IMG/VR virus record: IMGVR_UViG_3300037255_000025
Coordinates: 1-64,000 of that record
Strand: one strand, 5' to 3'
Origin: a virus
Taxonomy: Duplodnaviria > Caudoviricetes
Length of the DNA: 64,000 nucleotides
The notes below the pieces were generated by a model. It was not told the DNA's origin. It did not search any database and worked only from the letters and a program-made list of their open reading frames with translations. Positions 35,596 through 44,639 of the stretch are shown piece after piece (position 1 is the first letter of the stretch; each line of letters starts with the position of its first letter). Both the position numbers and the translations under genes were made by a program.

Positions 35596-36003
35596 GTGCA
35601 AGCACTCCACCGCAACAACAACGCTGTTTTCCGGATCGTCTACCACTTGGTTCTCGTCTCCAAGTACCGGCGGGCCGTCCTCACCGGGCCGATGCTCGAT
35701 CGCTGCGCCGAGATCCTGCGGAGCCTGTGCGTCTCGTGGGAGGGCGAGCTCGTCGAGTGCAACGGCGAGGCGGACCACGTCCACATGCTCCTCGACATGC
35801 CGCCCAAGGTCCGCCCGAGCGACCTCACCAACAACGTCAAGACCGTCCTCTCGCGACGCCTCCGCTCCGAATTCCCGGCGCTCCGCGCGGCGTACCGCGG
35901 GAAGGCCGTCCTCTGGTCCCCGAGCTACTGCATCCTCTCCGCAGGAGGCGCGCCGATCGAGATCCTCAAGAGGTACGTCGAGAACCAGAAGAAACCGGAG
36001 TAG
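35596..36003 (+). CDS. tnpA: IS200/IS605 HUH (Y1) transposase
   Basis: YHLVLVSKYRR, DHVHML, LWSPSY, RYVENQ. Confidence 0.95.
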   Translation: MQALHRNNNAVFRIVYHLVLVSKYRRAVLTGPMLDRCAEILRSLCVSWEGELVECNGEADHVHMLLDMPPKVRPSDLTNNVKTVLSRRLRSEFPALRAAYRGKAVLWSPSYCILSAGGAPIEILKRYVENQKKPE

Positions 36004-36074
36004 CGCCGCCGTGCTCGACCGGAACCTGGTGGACCCCCGCCTGCGGAGCGAGGCGGGGGCTTGCGGTTCTTGGG

Positions 36075-36698
36075 TCAGGTTGGACCGTCAAACGAGCGAC
36101 AGCGGTCGACGACGCCGGCAGAGGCTGCTCGCGTCGGGGCAGGTGCTGGGGCGAGCTTCGTCTCCGCCGGCAGCGGTCGCTCCCGCGCCGGGGAAGCGAC
36201 CGGCGCAACAGGCGGCGGCTCGTTGCTGCTCTTGCCGATGGCGTCTCGAATAGCGCGTGTCATCCCCGTCGCCCGCACTTCGCCGCACTTGCCGAAGTCG
36301 ACCAACTGTTCGAGCAACATCACGGTCCGAGCGCCGTGCTGCTCGATCTTCTCAAGATGCCGCTCGATCCGGTGCACCAGGTTGACCCGAGCGCCCGCCG
36401 GCCCGATGCGCAGCGTGTTCAAGATGACCCAAACGGGCCCGCGCTCGAGCCGGACCTCGGCGGCGTCCGTCGTCAGAGGCTCCGCCGGACCCGCCGCCGC
36501 GGCAGCAGCGCGTTCGGCACGGGCCGCCGCCTTCTTCTCGTTGGCGGCGTTCCGGCGCTCCAGCGCCGTCGGGGGCGCGGGCTTGGCGGGCTTCACCTTC
36601 ACGGGCGGCGGCGGGTGCTCACCCTCCTGCTCGGGCCAATACTGCACGGGGTTGCGGAAGCTCGCGTACCGGACGTAACTCGGGCTGCCGGTCAGCAC
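36075..36698 (-). CDS. Hypothetical Pro/Ala-rich protein
   Basis: ORF ends at the IS target site. Confidence 0.5.
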   Translation of the reverse strand: MLTGSPSYVRYASFRNPVQYWPEQEGEHPPPPVKVKPAKPAPPTALERRNAANEKKAAARAERAAAAAAGPAEPLTTDAAEVRLERGPVWVILNTLRIGPAGARVNLVHRIERHLEKIEQHGARTVMLLEQLVDFGKCGEVRATGMTRAIRDAIGKSSNEPPPVAPVASPARERPLPAETKLAPAPAPTRAASAGVVDRCRSFDGPT

Positions 36699-36728
36699 CG
36701 TGGTACCGTCACGCGCGACCCGGTAGTT

Positions 36729-36992
36729 CTACAGGCCGATTTTGAAATCGACAGCGTCCAAGAGGACGTGGCGTTCGACCAAAATGACCCGACGCAAGGG
36801 CGGTGCGGCCTGCTTGAGCGACGGGCGCGAGTAGTAGAGGTCGCCCACACTCGGGAGCGGGTTGTGCGCCCACGGGCGGTTCGTGGGCATGGTCTCGAGC
36901 GGCGCGGGTGGCTCGGCGGGCACCGGGACGTCGAGCGGTGTGGTCCCGAAGGGATGGGGATCCGGCGGCGGGTGATCGTTGGGAAAGGGCAT
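36729..36992 (-). CDS. Small Pro-rich hypothetical protein
   Basis: AAGGAG RBS downstream of the conserved promoter motif. Confidence 0.45.
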   Translation of the reverse strand: MPFPNDHPPPDPHPFGTTPLDVPVPAEPPAPLETMPTNRPWAHNPLPSVGDLYYSRPSLKQAAPPLRRVILVERHVLLDAVDFKIGL

Positions 36993-37012
36993 CGTGTTGT
37001 CTCCTTCCGCGT

Positions 37013-37037
37013 CCCTTACCTTGCCCCGAGCGGCTTC
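37013..37037 (-). promoter_or_regulatory. Conserved ECF-like promoter motif
   Basis: GAAG-N15-TAAGGG, separate AAGGAG RBS. Confidence 0.65.
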
Positions 37038-37056
37038 GCGGGCGTACAGTGCCTGG

Positions 37057-37674
37057 GTGTCGGGCTCCCAACTTGAAGACCTCCGCGACGAGGTCCACTG
37101 CACCCGGTGGACGATCTACGCCCACACGAACCGTGCGAACGGTAAGCGTGTTCGGCGGCATCGCGGGAATCCTCGCGGGCGCCGCTGCCTCGAAAGGATC
37201 GACCCCATGACCATGCGACTGACGATCAAAAACGAAGACCCGAACCGCTCCGCCGCCACAACGCTGATCGACGTCGGCCCGTCCGGCGCGCGCATCAGCG
37301 AAGGCAAGGCCGAGGCGCCGGTCACCCTCGCGCCGGGCGAGAGCCGCGAGGTGTGGATCCACTCGGGCCGCGTCGTCCTCGTCGAGGAGCTGGACGCACC
37401 GAAGGAGGCCACGTAATTTCCCCTCGCTCGACTCACAGCTTCCTCTCCGTCGTCGGCGCCGTGGCCGTCGGCGCCTTCGCCATCGGCGGTGTCGTCGCGG
37501 GCGCCGCCCTGCCCCCGAAAGGACCGCTCTCGTGATCAACCCGTACCGCAACAACGAAGCGCGCGAGCGAAGGCCATCTGGGCCGGCATGACAGAAGAGC
37601 AGCGAGTGGACGCAATCAAGCGGCGCGTTGCGTCTCGTAAAGCCAACAAGGAAGCGAATAATGAGCGGGTCTAA
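37057..37674 (+). pseudogene. Decayed GIY-YIG-like endonuclease fused to a duplicate of the spike-gene start; middle replaced by an unrelated small ORF (37208-37416)
   Basis: VSGSQLEDLRDEVH followed by WTIYAHTNRANGKR; basic helical tail RSARAKAIWAGMTEEQR overlapping the spike ATG. Confidence 0.55.
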
Positions 37675-38299
37675 CCTCGAAGATCTCCGCGACGAGGTCC
37701 ACAGGTATTATGGATTACAGAGGGGTGTCGTGACCTCGATCACGGACCCCAAGGGGTTGCACCGCGTGCAGGCCATCATCCCGGGCATCGTCGAGCCCAA
37801 CACGGACTGGCTCTACCCGCTGACGATGGGCGGCGGGTCGCCCCAGCGCGGGGGCCACGTCGTGCCCGCCGTAGGCTCGGACGTCGCGATCTGGTTCCAC
37901 CAGGGCGACCCCCAGGGCGCGGGCGCATACGCAGCGGCCCATTGGGGCCTGCCCACGGCCGGCACCGAGATCCCCGGGGACGTCAACGACGTCGGGACCC
38001 AGAACCCCGAGCTGGTCCAGTCGCTCGAGTTCCCCGACGCGACGGTCGCGAACGGCGGCTCCGGCGGAACGCTCCGCATCACCGTCGATGAGCGCCCGGG
38101 CTCGCGCTCGCTCCAGATTCTCGATCTCGACGCCAACAAGCAGGTCCAGAGCGTCATCCTGCTGGACCGCGAAAACCGCGCGATCATGCTCCAAGCGGTC
38201 AGCCAGATCATCCTGAAGTGCACCGGCGCGATCGTCCTGGACGCCCTTGAGGTCAACATCGGGGGCCGCCGGGTTCAGACTTCGAGCGCGATGATCTGA
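37661..38299 (+). CDS. Baseplate spike / gpV (Gp5/VgrG OB-fold)
   Basis: YYGLQRGVV...DPKGLHRV..IPG...W...G...VPAVGSDV.IWFHQGDP. Confidence 0.88.
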   Translation: MSGSNLEDLRDEVHRYYGLQRGVVTSITDPKGLHRVQAIIPGIVEPNTDWLYPLTMGGGSPQRGGHVVPAVGSDVAIWFHQGDPQGAGAYAAAHWGLPTAGTEIPGDVNDVGTQNPELVQSLEFPDATVANGGSGGTLRITVDERPGSRSLQILDLDANKQVQSVILLDRENRAIMLQAVSQIILKCTGAIVLDALEVNIGGRRVQTSSAMI

Positions 38300-38363
38300 T
38301 GCTCCGCGAGCGCCTCTCTTCTACCGCGGCGCGCCACCGGCGAGAAAGGAGAATCTAACCTAC

Positions 38364-39089
38364 ATGCTCGTACCTATCGTACCTTTGCTCTGTTTGCCGC
38401 CGCCACCGCACATCGACCTGTGCATTACAATGCCGGGAAACGTAACCATATGTGCGATGGACCTACTCAACGCGGCAGATCCCTACATCCTGATCCAGAC
38501 ACTGTTTCAGGGCCTGAATAGCGCGCTCGCGCCCCTAACGCCCATATTCGACATAATCGACGTGTGCGTGGCGCTCGTGCAGTGCATCCAGGCTATTCCA
38601 CAATGCCTCGCTCCTCCGGACCCGGAGCCGCTGATCAAGTGCATCCCGATCTTGGCCGCCGCCATCGCGAAGCTGGTTCAGCTCGTGCCGCAGCTCTCGG
38701 TGCCGATCATGATCTTGGAGATCATCAAGGCGCTGATCGTCGCCGTCACGGCGCTCATCACGCGGCTTGAGGTAATCATCCTCAAGAACGCGCAGCTCCT
38801 GGTCGCCGTGACCGCAGCGGCCCAACCGGGCAACATCGCGCTCAAGGCCGTCGTGGACTGCGCGACGGGCAACATCGCCATCGAGATCCACAACCTCAAC
38901 GCGTCGCTCGCGCCGCTCAACCGGTTGATCGGAATAATAAACGTCTTCGCGGCCTTCATCCCCGGGGTTCCGAACCCGCTGATCCCGAGTCTCGCGGACC
39001 TCGGGGCCGACGCGGCCGCCGCCATCGCGCCGCTTCAGAACGTCGTGGACATCCTCAGCGAAATTGTCAGCTTCCTCCCCGTTCCGTGA
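38364..39089 (+). CDS. Hydrophobic helical, Cys-rich protein in the baseplate module
   Basis: AAAGGAG RBS; follows the spike gene. Confidence 0.6.
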   Translation: MLVPIVPLLCLPPPPHIDLCITMPGNVTICAMDLLNAADPYILIQTLFQGLNSALAPLTPIFDIIDVCVALVQCIQAIPQCLAPPDPEPLIKCIPILAAAIAKLVQLVPQLSVPIMILEIIKALIVAVTALITRLEVIILKNAQLLVAVTAAAQPGNIALKAVVDCATGNIAIEIHNLNASLAPLNRLIGIINVFAAFIPGVPNPLIPSLADLGADAAAAIAPLQNVVDILSEIVSFLPVP

Positions 39090-39180
39090 CCTTACCCCGC
39101 GGTCGCGAGGCTCCACGCCATCCAGAGGAGGATCGCGCCGAACAGTCCAAACAGGAGCCGGTCGTCGAGGTCCCGCGGCT

Positions 39181-39606
39181 TCAAGGTTCACCCGCGGCGC
39201 CGCGGGTGGCGCGGCCCCTTACAGGCGGCCAACGCCAACCCGCGCCCTCGCGCAGTTCGTTCCTGCACCACGCGACCGCGAGCTTCGGCAAGAGCCAGTA
39301 GGGGTCTTGGTAGTGCCGTAATCTGTTACGGGCGTCGGCGCTGCGGTCGTCGGTCGCGCGGGCGATCCTGCATTCCGCGACACCGTCATTGGTTGGTGCG
39401 TGGTGCAGGCCGCGCTGTAGCTCGACACCCTCAACCCAGAAGTATCGGAACGCCCTGGAGTCCGCGGCGCGGTAGGGCGTTAGGAACCACTCCGGCAATT
39501 CAGGCAGGGGCTCGCCGCGGGGCACCCGGTACTGCGCCCACCAAAGCATCGCAGCCGCCCGGGCCGCCCGGTCGATCATCTTGGTCGACGCGATCGGCTT
39601 CACCAT
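39181..39606 (-). CDS. Hypothetical protein
   Basis: TGATG coupling. Confidence 0.45.
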   Translation of the reverse strand: MVKPIASTKMIDRAARAAAMLWWAQYRVPRGEPLPELPEWFLTPYRAADSRAFRYFWVEGVELQRGLHHAPTNDGVAECRIARATDDRSADARNRLRHYQDPYWLLPKLAVAWCRNELREGAGWRWPPVRGRATRGAAGEP

Positions 39607-39974
39607 CAGTCGTCGTCCCCCTTGAGCCGGACGGCCGCGAACGCCGCCGCGGCCTCTCGAGTCAGCGCGAAGAGCCTCTCCTCTTCGCGCTCCGCTTCCA
39701 CCAGTAGCTCCGGCAACACACGCGCGGCGTCGATGCGCGTGTAGGCCGCACACGACTGAAGCAGGCTACGCACGGGGTCAAGACCGGGCTCCTGGTGCTC
39801 GACCGCCAGCGTCCAATCTTGGCCGATCTTTGTCCACCACAGCCGGCCGCCTTCGGGTAACGCCGCGCTCGCGCGAGCGTGGAACCGGGCCCGCATCCAC
39901 TCGATGGTCCCTTGGATCTCGAGGTTCAACGCGAAGAACGCGCCGTCCATCTCCTGCTTGGTCGGCTTTGCCAC
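39606..39974 (-). CDS. Hypothetical protein
   Basis: Operon with the RNA ligase. Confidence 0.55.
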   Translation of the reverse strand: MAKPTKQEMDGAFFALNLEIQGTIEWMRARFHARASAALPEGGRLWWTKIGQDWTLAVEHQEPGLDPVRSLLQSCAAYTRIDAARVLPELLVEAEREEERLFALTREAAAAFAAVRLKGDDD

Positions 39975-39975
39975 G

Positions 39976-40974
39976 CTAGACCTTCCACTTCTTCAGCAAG
40001 TAGGCCTCGCCGTGGTACTTCAAGATGACGCGGCCCATGTGCTCAGTACGCTCGTGCGCCGGACGCACGACGAAGCCTTCTCGCACGTGGGTTGGGTTCA
40101 ACAAGTCAGGCCCATCGGCGTGCGAGACCAACTCGCGCGACCAGGAACCCCGGTAGAGCACCGGCGCGGTCAGAAGACCGAGCTGGTCCGCAACCGCCGC
40201 GAAGTCGTCGTAGTCGAGGTAGCGGCGCTGTCGAAGGTCCATCGCATCGAAGAGCCGCAGACCGCGCTCGCTCGCGCTGGCGTCATATCGCATGCCGGTG
40301 ACGTTGCCGTACAGTTCACCGTAGACCCCGATGTGGCCCCCGAGCGCGCGAAGCTTTTGCTCAAGACCCAGGCGCTCGGCCGTGGTGGTCCAAGCCGTAC
40401 GAGCCGCCGGCGCCTTCCAACGCGTACGCGAACCGCAATACAGCCGCGCGTCGTCGACACAGTACCTCGCGTTTTCTCCGTGGATCTTCGTAACCAACAC
40501 GACGTCTTCACCATCTTGAAGCGCGTGAGGGTGCTGGCGCAGCCCGTCGATGTCGGTGTACGTCGGCATCAATCCTGGGTCGGCCTCGTTCTCGAGGCTC
40601 GAGGACGAAGACGCGTCGACAGCCTCCGCGCGCTCGATGCGCAGGTCCATCGAGACGTCTTGCCCGACAGCCCACGAGGGTTCGGCGCGCGTCAGGATCC
40701 CCATGGAGAAGATCCCGCGCAAGCGCTTGGCATCGATCTCCGTGTAGGGCTTGGTTGACCCCGGATTGGCCAGAAAAGACCATCGCGGGTCGTCCAACGG
40801 AACGGCGGCCCCGACCGGCACGTACACCGCGCGGTCGCCTTCGTGGAACTCGCCGGTTCTCAAAATGACCGGATAGCCACCTTCGCCCCCGACCGTCGTT
40901 AGACTCAGCGAGTCCGCGTTCGGGTGCTTCGTTACAGGGCCAAGCTCAACGACTCGTACATGAAACTCGCTCAT
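39976..40974 (-). CDS. ATP-dependent RNA ligase, DRB0094/Rnl5 family
   Basis: N-terminal OB domain (HPNADSL, LRGIFSMG); motifs KIHGEN, YGELYG, LFD, REGFVV, ILKY. Confidence 0.9.
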   Translation of the reverse strand: MSEFHVRVVELGPVTKHPNADSLSLTTVGGEGGYPVILRTGEFHEGDRAVYVPVGAAVPLDDPRWSFLANPGSTKPYTEIDAKRLRGIFSMGILTRAEPSWAVGQDVSMDLRIERAEAVDASSSSSLENEADPGLMPTYTDIDGLRQHPHALQDGEDVVLVTKIHGENARYCVDDARLYCGSRTRWKAPAARTAWTTTAERLGLEQKLRALGGHIGVYGELYGNVTGMRYDASASERGLRLFDAMDLRQRRYLDYDDFAAVADQLGLLTAPVLYRGSWSRELVSHADGPDLLNPTHVREGFVVRPAHERTEHMGRVILKYHGEAYLLKKWKV

Positions 40975-41297
40975 GCAGACCCCTTACCTTCCGCAAGTAC
41001 GGTTTCCGGGTATTCCCACGGACCCACGGGAATCTGTGGGGCCCTCGGGAGCAACGAGACGCGCCGCACCTTTCCGCCGTAGCGAGCCAGAATCGCCGCG
41101 AGCGAACCCGCGGCGTCACGCTCGTCCGGCAGCAACACGATGCCGCTCGGCGTCACGACAACCTCGACTTTGACGGGCTCGACGGGCCGCAGAACCGAGC
41201 ACCCGCGGCGATACGGCAAAGCCTCCAAATGTGGGGGCGCGCAGTACAGCTTAGCCTTGGCCTTGGGCCTCGGCGGCTTGGACTTGGGCCTGCTCAT
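40971..41297 (-). CDS. Hypothetical protein
   Basis: ATGA coupling on both sides. Confidence 0.5.
   Translation of the reverse strand: MSRPKSKPPRPKAKAKLYCAPPHLEALPYRRGCSVLRPVEPVKVEVVVTPSGIVLLPDERDAAGSLAAILARYGGKVRRVSLLPRAPQIPVGPWEYPETVLAEGKGSA
40981..41006 (-). promoter_or_regulatory. Conserved ECF-like promoter motif (RNA ligase)
   Basis: GAAAC-N15-TAAGGG-N6-ATG. Confidence 0.65.
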
Positions 41298-41707
41298 TCC
41301 GGCTCCTCGGGGTCGACGACTTCGTCAAAGAGCTTCAGCGCACGCTCCCAGCCGTCTTCTACCGCGGTGGCTTCGACGGCCGCTTCACTGTCGTGGCGGT
41401 TGCTCGCATCGATCCGATCCCTCTTTGCCTCAGCGGCAAGCTCTTGCATGCGATAGTGTAAGCGCACGAGGTGGCCATCTAGCCGATCGCACCGCGATTC
41501 CAACTCATCCACCGTCGCGCTCGAGACGACGGGGGCGCTAGCCGCACCGTAGCGGACTTTCGCGCGCAGGCGCCAAACCTCACCGATGAGCCGCATGAAG
41601 TGACCACGAAGGTGTCCGAGATCGACCCCGTCGGGGTTCTTGCCCGTAAGAGCGTACGCGTCCGCCGCCATGGTGTTGAGTTCGTCTGCTGTGATCGGCT
41701 TCGTCAT
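41294..41707 (-). CDS. Hypothetical coiled-coil protein
   Basis: ATG 7 nt after the conserved TAAGGG box. Confidence 0.55.
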   Translation of the reverse strand: MTKPITADELNTMAADAYALTGKNPDGVDLGHLRGHFMRLIGEVWRLRAKVRYGAASAPVVSSATVDELESRCDRLDGHLVRLHYRMQELAAEAKRDRIDASNRHDSEAAVEATAVEDGWERALKLFDEVVDPEEPE

Positions 41708-41714
41708 GTCGGGT

Positions 41715-41739
41715 CCCTTACCCCGGCGGCGGAGACTTG
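41715..41739 (-). promoter_or_regulatory. Conserved ECF-like promoter motif
   Basis: CAAG-N15-TAAGGG-N7-ATG. Confidence 0.6.
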
Positions 41740-41763
41740 CGCCGCCCGCGCCGTTGGGGTTCA

Positions 41764-42915
41764 ATGCCTCGCATGTTTTGCCACAATTACAGCCAGCCCC
41801 ACCCGCGCCTCCGTGGCGTTCGCCTTGCCGCCCCGCACGACGGCTCCGCACCCTCGTTCCCCGACGGGTCGCTGTCGGTACGGCAGATCCTCGGCTCCAT
41901 GGGGTTCACCAAGGACCTCTACAGCACCGCCACGGCGGTCAAGGTCGGCATCGTCTCGCTTGGCGGCGGCGTCGTGATGGCGGACGTCGAGAACACGTGC
42001 CGGTGGTTCGGGTGTGCTGCGCCCCAGAACACCATCGTGCTGGCCCCGGGCGGCGTCGACAACCCCGCGGACCAGGACCCGTCGACCGAGGTCATGCTGG
42101 ACAACGAGGTCGTGATGCAGGTCGTCTGGGACCAGACGGGCAAGCCGGCCACGATCGTCAACTGCTTCGCAGCCAACACGGGCCCCGGCATCGCCCAGGC
42201 GATCGACAAGCTCGTCGAGGCGGGGTGCAGCGTCATCACGATCTCGTGGGGCCAGGCGTACGACCAGTGGGACCCCGCGGACATCGCCACCACCGAGGCT
42301 GCGCTCCAGCGCGCGCACGGCGCCAACGTGAGCGTGTTCGCCGCGAGTGGTGACAACTCGATCGACGACGGCACCGCGTCCCCGACGCCCGACTATCCCG
42401 CGTGCTCCGTGTGGGTCACGAGCGTCGGCGGTGTCTTCGAGCAGCTCGCGGCCGACGGGTCGATCGCACAGCTCACCGCGTGGGGTGACGGCCTGCCGGG
42501 CGACCCCGGCGGTGGCGGTGGCGCGGTCGCGGCCCCCGCCTCGCCTCCCTGGCAGACCGGTATCGTTCCGCCGCCACCCGCGAGCCTCGGGGTCCAGGGA
42601 GCCTTCATCGCCGTGCCGGTGCTGAGCGCGGTCGCAGACCCGAACAGCGGCGTGCAGGGCAGCTTCAACGACGCGCCGAACGTCGTCGGCGGTACCTCGA
42701 TGGCGGCGCCGCTCGTCGCCGCACTCGTCGCGGTCGCCAAGGGCGTCAGCGGTGTCAAGGTCGGCTGCGTCAACGAGATGCTCGGGAAGGCCTACCCGGG
42801 CGCGTTCATCGACGTCGCGCTCGGCAGCGACGGGGTCACGGCGACCGTTGGCTACGACTTCTGCACCGGCATGGGTATCCCGAACGGCCCGAGGTTCGTC
42901 CAGGCCATCTGCTAG
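41764..42915 (+). CDS. S53 (sedolisin/kumamolisin-like) serine peptidase, catalytic domain only
   Basis: EVMLD (Glu/Asp), ISWG, AASGD, PA.S..VTSVGG, GGTSMAAP (Ser), YDFCTGMG.PNG. Confidence 0.88.
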   Translation: MPRMFCHNYSQPHPRLRGVRLAAPHDGSAPSFPDGSLSVRQILGSMGFTKDLYSTATAVKVGIVSLGGGVVMADVENTCRWFGCAAPQNTIVLAPGGVDNPADQDPSTEVMLDNEVVMQVVWDQTGKPATIVNCFAANTGPGIAQAIDKLVEAGCSVITISWGQAYDQWDPADIATTEAALQRAHGANVSVFAASGDNSIDDGTASPTPDYPACSVWVTSVGGVFEQLAADGSIAQLTAWGDGLPGDPGGGGGAVAAPASPPWQTGIVPPPPASLGVQGAFIAVPVLSAVADPNSGVQGSFNDAPNVVGGTSMAAPLVAALVAVAKGVSGVKVGCVNEMLGKAYPGAFIDVALGSDGVTATVGYDFCTGMGIPNGPRFVQAIC

Positions 42916-42947
42916 TTGATGGTGCCGACCGTGGTAGGCTCGGGTGG

Positions 42948-43400
42948 ATGGCGACACCCTCGAGCCCCACGGCGACGACCGCACAACAGGCTGCGACGGC
43001 GCTGCGCCTCACGCCAGCACTTCCCCAGGCCAAATTTGGTCTCCTCCGGCCATTGGTCCAAGACCAAGCACGCGACTTCGCCCAGGCTTCGGGTGACGCC
43101 CTGTTGGCGAGCCGCGTCGGCCAAGTCATCGGCTCCGCGGGGGAGTTCCCTTGGCGACCTGACTTGAACGCCAACCTCGACCGCGTGCGGAATGTCGCGG
43201 ACAACTACGCGCTCCAGGAGTTCGCGCGTGCGTACATCAGTCAGGCGCTCCAGGCGTTCCTGCCGTCAGTCGTGGCCGTTGCGGTCTCGGCCGCGAAGAC
43301 CAACCGGACGCTCTTGCTGACCGTGACGTGTACGCGATTGGTCGACCTTAACCGCGTGCCCGCCAAGACCTTCACGTCAACCGTGTCGCTGTCGCTGTAG
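42948..43400 (+). CDS. Baseplate wedge / sheath initiator (gp25/GPW-like)
   Basis: GLLRP...DFA...GEFPWRPD...ISQALQAFLPSV. Confidence 0.8.
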   Translation: MATPSSPTATTAQQAATALRLTPALPQAKFGLLRPLVQDQARDFAQASGDALLASRVGQVIGSAGEFPWRPDLNANLDRVRNVADNYALQEFARAYISQALQAFLPSVVAVAVSAAKTNRTLLLTVTCTRLVDLNRVPAKTFTSTVSLSL

Positions 43401-43425
43401 CGTCCGTGTGATAGGCTGCGCTGCC

Positions 43426-43896
43426 ATGAAGCTCACGAACATCCGTTTCGCTCCCATCCTGGTGCTTTCGAGCGCCCTGACGATCTGCCTGACCGCCACG
43501 GGCTGCAACCTCCCCGCCGCGACCGTCATCTCCGACATCGAGGCGGGCGTGTCCGACGCTGGACTCGCGCTCCAGGGCGTCATCACGGTCGTCGACGGCA
43601 TTCTGGCCGCGCACCCGAACCCCGCGGTTCAAGCCGACTTCACCAAGGTCGCGGCCGTCGCGACCGAGGCCCTCCAGGGGCTCGACGCCGCGCTCGCCGG
43701 GGCCACCAGCATCTCGGACGCCAACGTCCAGGCCGCGCTCGCCAACTTCTACCAGGCGTACCAGGCGCTGATGACGATCGCGGGCCAACTCGGGGTCCAG
43801 ACGGCCGGCACGCCCGCGGCCAATTTCGCGCGCCCCGCCGGCACCGCCATCGTCTACGTCAAGGCGCCACGCATCTTCGCGCACCTCAAGCACTGA
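43426..43896 (+). CDS. Lipoprotein
   Basis: Signal peptide with lipobox LTATGC. Confidence 0.65.
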   Translation: MKLTNIRFAPILVLSSALTICLTATGCNLPAATVISDIEAGVSDAGLALQGVITVVDGILAAHPNPAVQADFTKVAAVATEALQGLDAALAGATSISDANVQAALANFYQAYQALMTIAGQLGVQTAGTPAANFARPAGTAIVYVKAPRIFAHLKH

Positions 43897-43978
43897 GGCG
43901 GCGAAGCCGGACGCGGCAAGGCCGACAGCGGCAAAGCCGAAGCTTCGCGCGGAAGGCGAGGTGCGCTACGCTGCGCAC

Positions 43979-44413
43979 ATGAAGCCCTCTCAGCACCGCG
44001 CCTCGGCGCTGCTCTTCGTCTCGGTCTGCGCCCTCGCGGCGGTCCTGACCTCCAACCCCAGCCTCGCCCAGACCGCCATCACGCCGACGCCCACGAGCGG
44101 TGGCGGGCTCAGCCCCGACCTGTTCGTGACGCTGTGCGCGCTCGGCGCCGCCATCAGCCTCGGTCTCCAGCACGCGCTCCAGGCGGGCAACTGGCCCCCG
44201 GGCGTCACGCTCTCGCCGATGGTCCGCGCGCTCGTCGCGACGCTGCCCGGCGTCGGTGCCATCATCTTCGTGACCGCGCAGAACAGCGGCCACTTCGACC
44301 AGCACGCGTTGGCGGCGGGTCTGATGGGTGCCGTCGGTGCACTCCAGGGCCTGTTCAACGCCTGGTGGCCCACGGCTTCGGGCGCGACGCCGGCCGTCGG
44401 CAAGGGGTCCTGA
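43979..44413 (+). CDS. Multi-TM membrane protein (holin-like?)
   Basis: Signal-like segment plus three hydrophobic helices. Confidence 0.55.
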   Translation: MKPSQHRASALLFVSVCALAAVLTSNPSLAQTAITPTPTSGGGLSPDLFVTLCALGAAISLGLQHALQAGNWPPGVTLSPMVRALVATLPGVGAIIFVTAQNSGHFDQHALAAGLMGAVGALQGLFNAWWPTASGATPAVGKGS

Positions 44414-44415
44414 CG

Positions 44416-44610
44416 ATGACCGGCATCCACAGCACTCCGACCTTCCCGCCGCCGCCCACGCGCGTCGTCAAGGCCCGGGCGAACCTCACGATCGGCGTGC
44501 TCAACATGCCGCGTGAGGTCCTGCGCTTCTTCGCCGAAACCTTCCGGGTCGGTCCGTTCTCGCCGACGCCCGAGCTGCGCGCGGCCTTCGAGCACCACCC
44601 GCTGGGCTGA
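44416..44610 (+). CDS. Small hypothetical protein
   Basis: GC3-biased ORF after an AAGGGG RBS. Confidence 0.4.
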   Translation: MTGIHSTPTFPPPPTRVVKARANLTIGVLNMPREVLRFFAETFRVGPFSPTPELRAAFEHHPLG

Positions 44611-44633
44611 ACCCGCCCACGCGGGGGTAAGGG
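44609..44633 (+). promoter_or_regulatory. Conserved ECF-like promoter motif (exonuclease)
   Basis: GAAC-N15-TAAGGG-N6-GTG. Confidence 0.7.
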
Positions 44634-44639
44634 GCGGAC

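Larger units (their letters stand above)
34380..36073 (-). mobile_element. IS605-type element (divergent tnpA/tnpB), probable target TGAC
   Basis: RE hairpin with GAAG guide ending TCAC; LE hairpin near 36034-36059 with CAAG guide; inserted between convergent stops. LE boundary less certain. Confidence 0.85.
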
